DNA of 42,739 nucleotides from Candidatus Thorarchaeota archaeon (GCA_020348985.1 CP070761.1:2071177-2113915); one strand, 5' to 3'; numbered from the stretch's first letter, positions 1-9,616 are shown. Notes: a model not told the origin generated them from the letters alone. Translations and numbers: made by a program.

Positions 1-1
1 T

Positions 2-145
2 GATGATCTTCGTAAAGCTTCTGATGGAACAGACAACGTGATGCCACACATTGTGGATGCAGTGAAAGCGTACGCAACCGTCGGAGAAATCTGTCAAGTC
101 TGGAGAGACCTCTGGGGAGAATGGGAAGAGCCTAAGATCTTCTAG
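2..145 (+). CDS. 3' end of an acyl-CoA (methylmalonyl-CoA-like) mutase large subunit paralog, partial
   Basis: Frame 2 reads DDLRKASDGTDNVMPHIVDAVKAYATVGEICQVWRDLWGEWEEPKIF-stop. This aligns with the C-terminus of the mutase at 25120-26784 ([30 protein letters not shown]). Not in the ORF track. Confidence 0.9.
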   Translation, partial: DDLRKASDGTDNVMPHIVDAVKAYATVGEICQVWRDLWGEWEEPKIF

Positions 146-457
146 AAATGTTTCAGATTCAGTCATCATCAGTAGACTGACTATCCTCCCTCTCCTCTGG
201 CTCTCTTCTTTTTGAAGATCGCTCATCTTTCCAACAATCAATACAAAGCCTGCGACCAGCACGTACTCTCTTGCCGTACCTGACATATGTGGAGCAATTG
301 TCGCAGGACATATCATAATGAACTCAATTCTGTGCAAGATTAACCCTTTGTTATGGACTGAACCTAGAACCATGGAGTTAGTTATCATGCTGCAAGAATC
401 CAGGACGTGAGGCCTCCCCCCTCCCACACCTTCCTCGAATCAGCACCCATCCGGATG

Positions 458-2356
458 TCATTGCATGGGCCTAGTCTTCTTGCAGATCAAACCACCAACG
501 ACAACGACTACTGCCAGTCCCAAGAATCCTGGTACAAGTGCCATCGATAAGTCCGATGGCGGTGGATAGCCATGCACATGGGGCGGTGGTGTTCCTGTTG
601 CTGGTGCTGCCGGATACGTAGTCTGAGTTGTGTCAACAGACTCCAAAACACTCTCCGGTTCATCGAGAGTGAGGATAATGGCAGTGTACCCTCTGACGAT
701 TATACCATAGTAAAGGGCCAGAGTAACAATCTCCTCTTGAAGGACTTCCGAACCTTGCTCCAACCGAATCAGATCGAGGAGGTACGAGATTCGGTGCAAT
801 GCCCAAGCGTACTCGATGTGCTTCATTTCGGTCGAACCCACACCAGCTGAGTTCTGATAGGTTTCTGTTCCGCTTGGATAGTCAATTGTTGTGTCTATAG
901 TTAGAGATTCAGAGTATCGGCCACTTATCACAACCTCTGTGCCATTGAAGAATGGCGTGTTGTCCAACGGCCGTAAACACGAGACCTGAGTCGCCCCTTG
1001 GATCTCGATGCTGTAGGAATCAGCTATGGGAGTAGAGAACATATTATAGAAGTCAATTAGTTGACTTGTCGCATCTCCGCCCGGCTGCACGAATGCGAAG
1101 AAACCATCGTTTTGTGAGGCGATGTTTGCCATCAGGTTCTCATCATCATCATAACCAAAGGCCAGAGTTGAGATTGAAACGTTAAGCGAGTTGCTCTCAC
1201 TAATAGCTGTGAGAATCGTTTCAGGGCTTGTTATGCCAACCGTTGGTTGACCGTCAGATAGAACTAGCATTGCTTTTGCATTATCACTTGATGTGAACGT
1301 GGCAAGTCCTGTGATAACCGCATCGTGGAAGTTCGTACCACCACCGGCCGCACGACCAGTCACCCACTGCTTTGCTTCTTCAACACTAGAGGCCGATGCT
1401 AGACGTGGTTCATCCCAGAGACTATGAACTTCATCTGAGAATGCAATGATGTTGAACAGGTCTCCTGAATTGAGATCATCAATCATAGAGTTGAATGCAA
1501 CCTTGGCTTGATCGATTTTCTCACCTGCCATTGATCCAGAGATGTCGAGAATGAATACATACTGCCTCTGTGCTTGTTCTTCGTCACCTTCGATACTCGG
1601 AGCCAGCAAGTAGAGAAAGAAGTTGTCGCTGCCGTTGTTACAGGTAAGGAGCTGACTTCCGCCAACCTGTCTGTCAAGCGCATAGATGATTGTGAATTCT
1701 GAGGGGAGGTAAACGCCGGTTGATTCGTACTCTATGGCAACCCCATCAGGCAGTTCAGTAGCCTGGAAGCCCGTGAATCCTGAAATGCTGTATCCAGATA
1801 TCGGGGCAAACCGTGATCGAATGCTGAAATCGAAATCGAAGTTCGCGATTATCATCTCACCACTAGCAATTGGAATACCCAATGAGTAAATACCCACATG
1901 ACGAGTTAGCATCCCTTCAATGTAGACAGTTAGCAATGCATCTGTTCCATTCTCGACGTTGAGGGCTACCTGGTACCCTCCGCTTCTACTAAGAACTAAT
2001 ACAGCAGTTTCTCCGGCTTCGACGCTCTCGTTGTAGGTCTCAATTGCCTCTAGTTCTCTCTCCGCACGACCCCAAAACAGGTTATCACCTAGCCTCAATG
2101 AGATGTTACTGAGCTTGACTCCATTGCCTAGGCCAAAGAACCAGCTAGTCTCCCTCGCAGTTGACGATGCAGTGTTATCGTAGAAGATCTCGTACGTCAT
2201 ATTCACGTAGTTGTCAGTTATTCCGCCGCGGATGGCCACGGAAGAAGGGTCCATTACATCAGTCTGAGCTACCACAGTAGCTGGCACACTAGCTATCACC
2301 GCCGAAACAAGAATCACGGCTATCGCTACCACTGATAAGGATCTGACTCCCCTCAT
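458..2356 (-). CDS. Secreted, membrane-anchored VIT + vWA domain protein (inter-alpha-trypsin inhibitor heavy chain-like)
   Basis: Signal peptide, VIT-like N-terminal region, MIDAS motif DISGS with GGTN and LSDG, Pro/Thr-rich linker, C-terminal TM helix followed by a basic tail. Confidence 0.88.
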   Translation of the reverse strand: MRGVRSLSVVAIAVILVSAVIASVPATVVAQTDVMDPSSVAIRGGITDNYVNMTYEIFYDNTASSTARETSWFFGLGNGVKLSNISLRLGDNLFWGRAERELEAIETYNESVEAGETAVLVLSRSGGYQVALNVENGTDALLTVYIEGMLTRHVGIYSLGIPIASGEMIIANFDFDFSIRSRFAPISGYSISGFTGFQATELPDGVAIEYESTGVYLPSEFTIIYALDRQVGGSQLLTCNNGSDNFFLYLLAPSIEGDEEQAQRQYVFILDISGSMAGEKIDQAKVAFNSMIDDLNSGDLFNIIAFSDEVHSLWDEPRLASASSVEEAKQWVTGRAAGGGTNFHDAVITGLATFTSSDNAKAMLVLSDGQPTVGITSPETILTAISESNSLNVSISTLAFGYDDDENLMANIASQNDGFFAFVQPGGDATSQLIDFYNMFSTPIADSYSIEIQGATQVSCLRPLDNTPFFNGTEVVISGRYSESLTIDTTIDYPSGTETYQNSAGVGSTEMKHIEYAWALHRISYLLDLIRLEQGSEVLQEEIVTLALYYGIIVRGYTAIILTLDEPESVLESVDTTQTTYPAAPATGTPPPHVHGYPPPSDLSMALVPGFLGLAVVVVVGGLICKKTRPMQ

Positions 2357-2636
2357 ACAAATACACCTCGCGTAAAACGGTAAGGTAGTTTCTGTGTGCT
2401 GCTCAACACAACGATTGCGCGAATCTCTCTAAGTTCCTCACCGTTCGACACTGCCAAGATTCTCCTTGAGCCTGGTTCAACAGACTATCGCTTTCTAGGC
2501 CCATGCATACGAAATCAACCCCATGTGTACATACGTAAGGAAGATATTGATTCTAGTCATAGAACATTGCGTACTATCTTTAGAACATTGGAAGAAGAAA
2601 CAACCGGTGCATCATCTGAACCAGGATGTCAATTCG

Positions 2637-2676
2637 AAAAAGAGTCGAGAAGGGAGGATTCCTCCTCCCTCCGTCT
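2637..2676 (-). terminator. Hairpin plus T-tract terminator downstream of the 297-aa membrane gene
   Basis: Minus strand reads GGAGGGAGGA-GGAA-TCCTCCCTTC followed by TCGACTCTTTTT, just after the stop at 2683. Confidence 0.6.
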
Positions 2677-2682
2677 TGAATC

Positions 2683-3576
2683 TCAGTATGAAGCAGCGGC
2701 CTCAGGCTTGTTCTTCGCACCTATTCTCGTTATGGTCCATATGTAGAAGGCAAGCAGCAAGAATCCAAGCAGCAGCTGCACTCCTAGAAAACTGGCCCCT
2801 GAGAAGAAGTCAATGAAGAACTGAATCGAGGATGGGAATGTTCCGACCGTTATGACTCCTGTCCATGGATACACAAGTCCCGCCAATGGCACATAGGCTA
2901 GGACGTTGTACGTTACGCCAATCATGAACACAAGAGCGGTGAATGTATAGAAGATCTTGATTAGCGGCTCAAAGAGCCTAGCCAGAATGCCAAACTTCAC
3001 AAAGAGCTTGAATAGGCTGGATAGGAACAAAAGTATCCCAAATACGACTGTCAATCCTCCACCAAAGAACAAGAAATGCGGCATCATGTGATTGTAACTA
3101 TTCACGAGTAGTAGGTCGTCAATCGTTGCGCTTGGGTTGAGTCCTAGCGCAAAGAAGACAGCTCCCAAGACTATCAAGAGCCCTATCAGTAGCTGAATAA
3201 TCATCTTGATGAATTCCCAATTCGCCATTCGCGGCTCAAGGATTGGCATCAAGAAGTACAGTAGACCAACTATCAAGGTCACTACCCCAGCTATTACAAG
3301 AGCCGGGACTGCGACCAATACAACCACTGAATTGATCATAATCGACAATCCGAGGCAGATGTAAGCCATGTCCTTCCTGTCCATCGAGTAGTACAGAGGA
3401 ATCATCAATCCAAGTACTAGTGTGAAGTAGTACATCCATACTAATACAAAATTGGCTCCTGCTACTGCCGTGTATCCTGATGTAAGCGTCCATGGCATAT
3501 ACATCAGATAGAAGAACATTAGGCCGACTGCGGTCATACTGCCGATTATCGCCTTAAAGTCCATGTCATTCTCCAT
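2683..3576 (-). CDS. Polytopic membrane protein of unknown function (about 8 TM)
   Basis: 297-aa hydrophobic ORF with a GAGGA/GTGGT SD-like sequence and a TATA-like ATATAT upstream. Confidence 0.8.
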   Translation of the reverse strand: MENDMDFKAIIGSMTAVGLMFFYLMYMPWTLTSGYTAVAGANFVLVWMYYFTLVLGLMIPLYYSMDRKDMAYICLGLSIMINSVVVLVAVPALVIAGVVTLIVGLLYFLMPILEPRMANWEFIKMIIQLLIGLLIVLGAVFFALGLNPSATIDDLLLVNSYNHMMPHFLFFGGGLTVVFGILLFLSSLFKLFVKFGILARLFEPLIKIFYTFTALVFMIGVTYNVLAYVPLAGLVYPWTGVITVGTFPSSIQFFIDFFSGASFLGVQLLLGFLLLAFYIWTITRIGAKNKPEAAASY

Positions 3577-3729
3577 TTACCACACGTCCTCGGCGCATCG
3601 GCCGAAAACTGTTGTTTCCAAGGTGCCCAAACCGAGATATATGTCATCGTGGTTAGTGAAAATAAGGCGCCATTGGGCTATTTTCTGAGAAAGAACAGTT
3701 TGTACATTGACATCCTACTGCGACTATGC

Positions 3730-3766
3730 AAAAAAAAGGGAGTGGAGAACCAAGGTCTCCTCTCCC
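3730..3766 (-). terminator. Strong hairpin plus U8, intrinsic-terminator-like
   Basis: Minus strand reads GGGAGAGGAGACC-TT-GGTTCTCCACTCCC-TTTTTTTT. Confidence 0.7.
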
Positions 3767-4063
3767 CCACGATTCCCATTCTTCTGGCTTTATGGCGAGA
3801 GACTTTGGAATGCGGATCCCCTCCAATCACACACAAACGCCATTGGGGTGGCAGACAAATGGGCTGTCGGAGTCAGAACGCAGCAAGCAGCCGCTAATCT
3901 AACTCAAGTCTATTGCGGAACTTCGACTAATCAAGATGTGTTACCACTCGGCGTTACAAATTGTACACACGTAGCGAAGGCCTCTGAGTCGATGCCTATT
4001 TATGCGGGGACTTGTCAGCCCGCTCCGCATTAGACGATAAGATGTTCAGATTCAGAACTGGAC

Positions 4064-5593
4064 ATGGAGGATTATCGATTGGAGTACAACAAAGTCACTG
4101 ACGAAGTTGTGAAGAAACTCGTGGCAATCTGCGGCGAAGATAATGTCACCACAAGTGAGCCTCTTCGTCATAGCTATATGGCTCGCGGCATTATGGGTTT
4201 GGAGGCTGTTCTTCCTGAGGCCGTCGTACGACCCGCCAATGCTGAGGAGGTCGCCAAGGTCCTTGTTGTGGCGAATGAGAACCTGAGCCCAGTCACACCT
4301 GCAGCAGGAGGACTGAGTGGAGGCTTTGCACTTCCCGCGATTGAGCCTGGCGGAATTCTGATGGACATGACTCGGATGGACAAGATGGAAGTCGATGTCG
4401 AGAACCGTGTCATGATTGTTGAACCAGGCGTCAAGTCTGGAGACGCATGGAGGATCTTCAAGACCAATTATCCCGAATGGGCACCACCAATCCCCGACGG
4501 TGCGCCTCCTGCGGCCACTGTACTTGGGGACGCCATTGAGCGTGGTTTCTCGCTTGTGACAGGAGTCTACGGACCTCAGGCAGACATGATAATGGGCCTC
4601 GAGATCGTGCTACCAAACGGCGAGATGTTTCACACGGGTTCTTGGGCTCTGCCTGGGGCAAAGCCGTTCTACCGCTGGGGTGTTGGACCTAATCCTGATG
4701 GTCTATTCTTGGGCTCACAGGGTTCGATGGGCATCATCACCAAGGCTGCAATCAAGATGGTTCCTCATCCACATTTCAAGACAGTCGTTGCTTATGGAGG
4801 CGAGACCTGGGATGACATAATCGTCCCTGCGTGGGAGATCTCAAAGCACGAGATGGGTATCGGCGAGCGAACCGTCATGGTCCAAGGAGGAAACTACGAG
4901 CTTGTCATGACACGCTGGCCCAAGGAGAAGGTGCCAATTGACTACGAGTTCTACAAGAAGATTGGAGTCGACAAAAAGTGGATGAACTACGAATGCTGGG
5001 CATGGACCCAGGAGGAACTTGATTTCACTTTGAAAGGCATAGACCAAGTCTACAAGGATTATGAGACAAAGACTCAGAGGCTGACTCCCAAGCAGGAACT
5101 CCATCCCAAGCAGGTTGCCTCACGGCTCAAGAAGCCAAACAAGATTGCAATCCCTTACGCACTTTGGCAGGCCGGGTTCTTGTTCATCACTTGGTATTGC
5201 CCATGGCTTGAGAGCCCCAAGATGATGGAGGAGTATTGTGCTGCAATGGCGAACCACGGATTCCCAGAGACCATGTGGGTTGCCTCCATCGACCACGCTA
5301 GGCAGGCAATCGTTATGCCAATCCTGTGCTTTGACAGCACGGAGGAAGGTATCTACGACAAGATCCGCGAGTTCAATCTGGAGACCACTAAGTCGTTCTT
5401 GAAGAAGGGTTGGATCAACTATCGGCCGGATCCATTCGTCCACGCTCCAGAGACGTTCACCAAGACAAAGGAGTACTACAAGATGCTTGTGAAGTTCAGA
5501 AAGGTCCTTGACCCGAATCTGATTCTTCATCCAGGCAGGCTTGCAATACCATGGGGCTCTGTAACCAATCTTCCCAATCCGTACGAGGAGTGA
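4064..5593 (+). CDS. FAD-binding oxidoreductase, VAO/PCMH (GlcD-related) family
   Basis: Motifs PEAVVRP, GGLSGG, VEPGV, ATVLGDAIERG, GLEIVLPNGE, YRWGVGPNPDGLFLGSQGSMGIITK and C-terminal DPNLILHPG. Confidence 0.9.
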   Translation: MEDYRLEYNKVTDEVVKKLVAICGEDNVTTSEPLRHSYMARGIMGLEAVLPEAVVRPANAEEVAKVLVVANENLSPVTPAAGGLSGGFALPAIEPGGILMDMTRMDKMEVDVENRVMIVEPGVKSGDAWRIFKTNYPEWAPPIPDGAPPAATVLGDAIERGFSLVTGVYGPQADMIMGLEIVLPNGEMFHTGSWALPGAKPFYRWGVGPNPDGLFLGSQGSMGIITKAAIKMVPHPHFKTVVAYGGETWDDIIVPAWEISKHEMGIGERTVMVQGGNYELVMTRWPKEKVPIDYEFYKKIGVDKKWMNYECWAWTQEELDFTLKGIDQVYKDYETKTQRLTPKQELHPKQVASRLKKPNKIAIPYALWQAGFLFITWYCPWLESPKMMEEYCAAMANHGFPETMWVASIDHARQAIVMPILCFDSTEEGIYDKIREFNLETTKSFLKKGWINYRPDPFVHAPETFTKTKEYYKMLVKFRKVLDPNLILHPGRLAIPWGSVTNLPNPYEE

Positions 5594-5663
5594 AAGATTT
5601 GGAGTCGAGAAAAGTTACAGAACGTAACATTGAATATAAGATAAGAATGGAGGAGAAGATGCT

Positions 5664-6971
5664 ATGACAAGTCTGGAAGAACTTCGCAGAGTCAACGCAC
5701 GCTGTATTCACTGTCGAGCATGTCAGTACGCTTACTCCGGTGAACCGGACAAAGAGGGTGAGACCGAAGAGTACACCGGAATGCTTCAGGGATGTCCTGC
5801 TGGCATCTACTACGGCTGGGAAGGCTACTTCAATTCTGGAAAGCAATGGATGACTCGAGCGTTCCTTAACGGTGAGCTACCAGCAAGCCGAGAGCTGCTT
5901 GAGATAGCTGAAGCCTGCACAACCTGTGGAATGTGCGAGACCCAGTGTGAGAACTATATCGACACGGTAGCAATCACTGAGGCATTACGCGCCGCAGTAA
6001 TCGAGGCTGGAGTCGAACCACTCGACAAACACAAGGGCTTCGCCGTGCGTGTTGGCGATGACGGCTTGCGTAATCCGTACAACGAGCCGAGGGCAGAACG
6101 CACCAAGTGGTTCGCCGGCAAGGTTGACAACAAGGATGCCAAGGTTGCTTACTTTGTGGGCTGCACTGCTGCATACCGAGAGCAGCAGATTGCGGAGCAT
6201 ACGGCTAGTATAATGGACAAGCTTGGAATAGAATACACAGTCCTTACCGATGAGGTATGTTGCGGGTCTCCGATTCTAAGGACCGGTCAGCGAGATGTCT
6301 TCAGGAAAGTGATGGAGGAGAACAAGGAGTTGTACAAGGACTTCGACCTAGTTCTCTTCAGTTGCGCGGGTTGCTACAAGACGTTCAGAAACGACTATCC
6401 GACCATGAGCGGTGAGCCTTTACCGTTCAAGGTGCGTCACGCGGTTGAGTACGTCTATGATCTCGTGGCCGAAGGCAAGCTCAAGATTGAGAAACCCTAC
6501 AGCAAGAAGGTCACGTGGCACGATCCCTGTCACAGCATTCGACACGTTGGTATCGCAATCGAGAAGGAAATTCTCGAGAACTCTGAGAACTGGTTGCTGG
6601 ACAGCAGAGCCGGGAAGAAGGCAAAGGAGAAGCACTTCGAGATCCCACGTGTTGTTCTAAATGCTATTCCAGGTCTAGAGCTTCATGAGATGTATCGGAT
6701 CAAGGGTGACAGCTTCTGTTGTGGTGCGGGAGGCGGCGTAAAAGCGCAGTTCCCAGATTTTGCACTATCCACAGCCAAGGAGAGACTGAAAGAGGCTGCA
6801 TCTACTGGTTCTGAGGTCATCATGACCTCGTGTCCCTTCTGTGTGACGAATTTCACCCACGGAATTGAGGCACTCCAAAAGGAGGAACAGGAGACTGGGG
6901 CAGACCTATCCGCGGCTGGCTCCAAGCTGGAAGTAGTTGAGCTTCTAGAGCTTCTTGATTCGCTCTTGTGA
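5664..6971 (+). CDS. Fe-S oxidoreductase with two CCG domains (GlcF/HdrD/GlpC family)
   Basis: CIHCRAC and CTTCGMCETQC ferredoxin motifs, plus YFVGC, CCG, CAGC, WHDPCH, CCGAGGG and CPFC. Confidence 0.92.
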   Translation: MTSLEELRRVNARCIHCRACQYAYSGEPDKEGETEEYTGMLQGCPAGIYYGWEGYFNSGKQWMTRAFLNGELPASRELLEIAEACTTCGMCETQCENYIDTVAITEALRAAVIEAGVEPLDKHKGFAVRVGDDGLRNPYNEPRAERTKWFAGKVDNKDAKVAYFVGCTAAYREQQIAEHTASIMDKLGIEYTVLTDEVCCGSPILRTGQRDVFRKVMEENKELYKDFDLVLFSCAGCYKTFRNDYPTMSGEPLPFKVRHAVEYVYDLVAEGKLKIEKPYSKKVTWHDPCHSIRHVGIAIEKEILENSENWLLDSRAGKKAKEKHFEIPRVVLNAIPGLELHEMYRIKGDSFCCGAGGGVKAQFPDFALSTAKERLKEAASTGSEVIMTSCPFCVTNFTHGIEALQKEEQETGADLSAAGSKLEVVELLELLDSLL

Positions 6972-6981
6972 TTCATTTCCG

Positions 6982-7020
6982 AAGATCCTGCCTCGGGCAG
7001 GGTCTTTCGCTTCCTTTTCC
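6982..7020 (+). terminator. Hairpin plus pyrimidine-tract terminator
   Basis: AAGATCCTGCC-TCG-GGCAGGGTCTT followed by TCGCTTCCTTTTCC, between convergent genes. Confidence 0.7.
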
Positions 7021-7039
7021 ATTCGGCTATTGACGCGTG

Positions 7040-7945
7040 CTATGCCTTTTTAGCATGTTCTGAAATGGCATCAATAATTCTGGGCGCCACTTCCACAGGT
7101 ATGCTATGACCCATTCCTTCTATTATGAGGAGCTTTGAACCAACGATTGCCTCCGCCGTAGCTTTTCCACATTCAACAGGTACAAGCGGGTCAGCGTCTC
7201 CGTGAATCACCAAAGTTGGCGTCTTTACTTCTCCTAGTTTTTGAGTACGATCACCGACTGCAAGAATCGCCATAAGTTGCCGTGCACTTCCATCAGGATA
7301 GTAGCTTCGGTCGAAATCATTCCCAGCCTTCTCTCTCACCAAATCTTCGTCTATCGGAAAGACTGGACCATTCAAAACCTTCCAGGCCTTCACGGAGTCT
7401 TCGATGTACTTCTCACGAGAAGGGGACGGCGGGGATAGCAGTACTGTCTGGGCTTCAGAAGATGGCCCAGGCAAATCAGGATTGTTTGTTGATGACATTA
7501 TCGAAGTCAGTGTGCGAACTCGCTCTGGATACTCTGTAGCAATTATCTGGGCTATCATTCCACCCATCGAGGCTCCCATGACATGTGCCGATTCAATGTC
7601 CAACGCGTCAAGCAGACCTATCGCATCTGCGGCCATATCTTGAAGGGAATACGGAGGATTGAGCTCCTTTCCGTACATTACTGCACCTACTATTGCCATG
7701 AGGTTGGGCGGTCCAGCTTCCTCAATCTTTGTTGATCGACCAATATCACGATTATCGAAGCGGATGACCCAGAATCCTTGAGAGGCCAACTGCTCACAGA
7801 ATTCCACATCCCACCGAGTCATTTGGGAAGCTAATCCCATCACAAGCAGCAACGGTGGGTCTGATTCCTCTCCGAATGTATCATAGGCAATTTCTATGTT
7901 GTTTGCCTCTACAGTATTTTCCTCAGTGTGTTTTACTTTCTCCAA
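7040..7945 (-). CDS. Alpha/beta fold hydrolase (esterase/lipase-like)
   Basis: GASMGG nucleophile elbow, FDNRDIG, HGDADPLVP, GMGH. Probable TTG start at 7945 behind a GGAGG SD, rather than 8032. Confidence 0.9.
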   Translation of the reverse strand: MEKVKHTEENTVEANNIEIAYDTFGEESDPPLLLVMGLASQMTRWDVEFCEQLASQGFWVIRFDNRDIGRSTKIEEAGPPNLMAIVGAVMYGKELNPPYSLQDMAADAIGLLDALDIESAHVMGASMGGMIAQIIATEYPERVRTLTSIMSSTNNPDLPGPSSEAQTVLLSPPSPSREKYIEDSVKAWKVLNGPVFPIDEDLVREKAGNDFDRSYYPDGSARQLMAILAVGDRTQKLGEVKTPTLVIHGDADPLVPVECGKATAEAIVGSKLLIIEGMGHSIPVEVAPRIIDAISEHAKKA

Positions 7946-8036
7946 TACCACGCCTCCGAATTGCAGCAGTACCAAGTGGTGTGCCGATTGATATCTCTTT
8001 TTCCCGTTTGGGGTCCAGGAACCGGCAGTCACCAGC

Positions 8037-8142
8037 TTAATATACCGGGGTCGTCATAGAGCGGTGTTATGTAAATGAGCATCCGGACGCGGGTTTACGC
8101 GTCTGGGACGTCTAAGGATTTAGATGTCGGAGGGAAATCGAA
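8037..8142 (+). promoter_or_regulatory. TATA box and structured 5' leader of the ABC operon
   Basis: TTAATATA at 8037-8044, two 9-bp hairpins (8083-8106 and 8107-8128), GGAGG SD at 8129. Confidence 0.5.
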
Positions 8143-9522
8143 ATGGATACAAGAACAAAACAGATGCTTGCGGTACTCCTCGTCATAGTAGTAGTAGCTG
8201 GTGTAGGCGTTGTCTTCATCATGCTTCCACCCGCAGGAGTACCGATTGGCCAACTATTCACTCCCGGCGCTCCAGCGAATACTCCGGCCGAGAACATCAT
8301 CATAGTAGGGATCTTGGATCCCATGACTGACATTCAAGGAATAGGAGCATGGCAGGGTGCCTATATGGCGTGTGAAGAATTGAACCTGGCCGGTGGGGTC
8401 ACAGTAGATGGTGAAGATTACTACTTCGGTGTTATCGCTGAAGACACTTCAGAGTCTGAGGCCAGTCTCGACCTCACGAAGGGGACGGCTGCAGCAACGA
8501 AGATCATCGAAGAAGATGGTGCACAGTTCATAATTGGTGGATTCAGATCAGAAGCACTTCTTGCTTACCAAGAGATTGTGATGGACAACGAGATGCTCTT
8601 ATTTGGAACCGGAGCTTCGACAGACATATTCTGTCAAAATGTCCTCGACAACTATGATAGGTATAAGTACTTCTTCCGAGTCATACCCATCAATTCCACC
8701 TCACTAGCGTCGTCACTGTTGAGGTACATAGCATACCTGGACGGCTACCTAACTGCTGTCACAGGACAGAACATAACCAAGGTAGCGGTCATTCGTGAAG
8801 ACCTCACCTGGACAGAAGGTATGGGAGCCTTTTTGGATGGATACTTGCCGCTTTACGGTCTGGAAGTTGTTGAACACATTGCATACCCGATAACTGCTGA
8901 TGCTGCGGCCTTTGCTACATACTGGCAGCAGATTGATGATGCAGGAGCACAGATAACAGTCCCAGTCATCTCTGCACAGGGTGGAATTCTGATGACCACC
9001 CAGTATCAGCAGCTTCAACCAAAATGCATCATGGCAGGTATTGATGTCATGGGACAGCTTGATACATACTGGACTCAAACTGCTGGCGCATGTCAATACG
9101 AAGTTGTACTCCAGTCAACCATTCGTACTAACAAGACCACAAGGACGATCCCAGCGTGGGATGCGTTTCTGGCCAAGTACGGACAAGAACCGATCTACAA
9201 TGCAATCGGTAGCTATGATGCCATGTATATTCTAGCACAGGCCATCGAAGACGGTCAGACATTCAACTCTACTGAACTCATACCGGTTCTAGAGGAAATT
9301 GACGTCAACAACCCATTCGAAGGATTTGCCGGGAACATTGCATTCCTTGACTCTCACGATGTGTTCGAGGGGTACATTGGGGACACAATCTACAGCGTCG
9401 TCCTATTCACTCAGTGGCAAGCCGGCGGTGTTAAGGAGGCCCTTTCCAGTGGTGGTTACATCTATCCGGACTCTGTTGTGACTGCTCAGTTGGTGCTTCC
9501 ACCCTGGGGTATAAACCCGTAG
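8143..9522 (+). CDS. ABC transporter substrate-binding protein, LivJ/LivK (type 1 PBP) family, N-terminal TM anchor
   Basis: N-terminal TM helix; EELNLAGGV, IIGGFRSE, YFFR and YDAMYILAQAIE motifs; heads a livHMGF cluster. Confidence 0.88.
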   Translation: MDTRTKQMLAVLLVIVVVAGVGVVFIMLPPAGVPIGQLFTPGAPANTPAENIIIVGILDPMTDIQGIGAWQGAYMACEELNLAGGVTVDGEDYYFGVIAEDTSESEASLDLTKGTAAATKIIEEDGAQFIIGGFRSEALLAYQEIVMDNEMLLFGTGASTDIFCQNVLDNYDRYKYFFRVIPINSTSLASSLLRYIAYLDGYLTAVTGQNITKVAVIREDLTWTEGMGAFLDGYLPLYGLEVVEHIAYPITADAAAFATYWQQIDDAGAQITVPVISAQGGILMTTQYQQLQPKCIMAGIDVMGQLDTYWTQTAGACQYEVVLQSTIRTNKTTRTIPAWDAFLAKYGQEPIYNAIGSYDAMYILAQAIEDGQTFNSTELIPVLEEIDVNNPFEGFAGNIAFLDSHDVFEGYIGDTIYSVVLFTQWQAGGVKEALSSGGYIYPDSVVTAQLVLPPWGINP

Positions 9523-9534
9523 ATTGAGCATTTG

Positions 9535-9577
9535 AAAAAAACTCCCCCCTTTTTAGGGGGGAAGTTCCTTCTTTTTT
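9535..9577 (+). terminator. Intra-operon hairpin (terminator or mRNA-stabilising element) after the binding-protein gene
   Basis: A7 run, TCCCCCCT-TTTT-AGGGGGGA stem, then TTCCTTCTTTTTT. Confidence 0.65.
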
Positions 9578-9616
9578 AGGTCAGAATCACAGACAGACAT
9601 GTTATGGTGAGCTAAT

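Noticed and set aside
1-390. Minus-strand open frame running off the window start
   Set aside because: It is antisense to the mutase 3' end and its terminator, with no recognisable protein features.
2396-2816. Plus-strand ORFs of 116 and 97 aa
   Set aside because: They cross a terminator hairpin, overlap a convergent real gene, and have no SD or motifs.
2683-3576. Rhodopsin-like identity for the polytopic membrane protein
   Set aside because: No retinal-binding Lys in the last helix and no rhodopsin motifs.
3961-3970. TTGTACACAC, matching a conserved 16S rRNA segment
   Set aside because: Only 10 nt match and the flanks do not continue the rRNA consensus.
3649-4033. Plus-strand ORFs of 82 and 108 aa
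   Set aside because: They run through the A8/hairpin element and promoter region with atypical composition; the region is better explained as non-coding.
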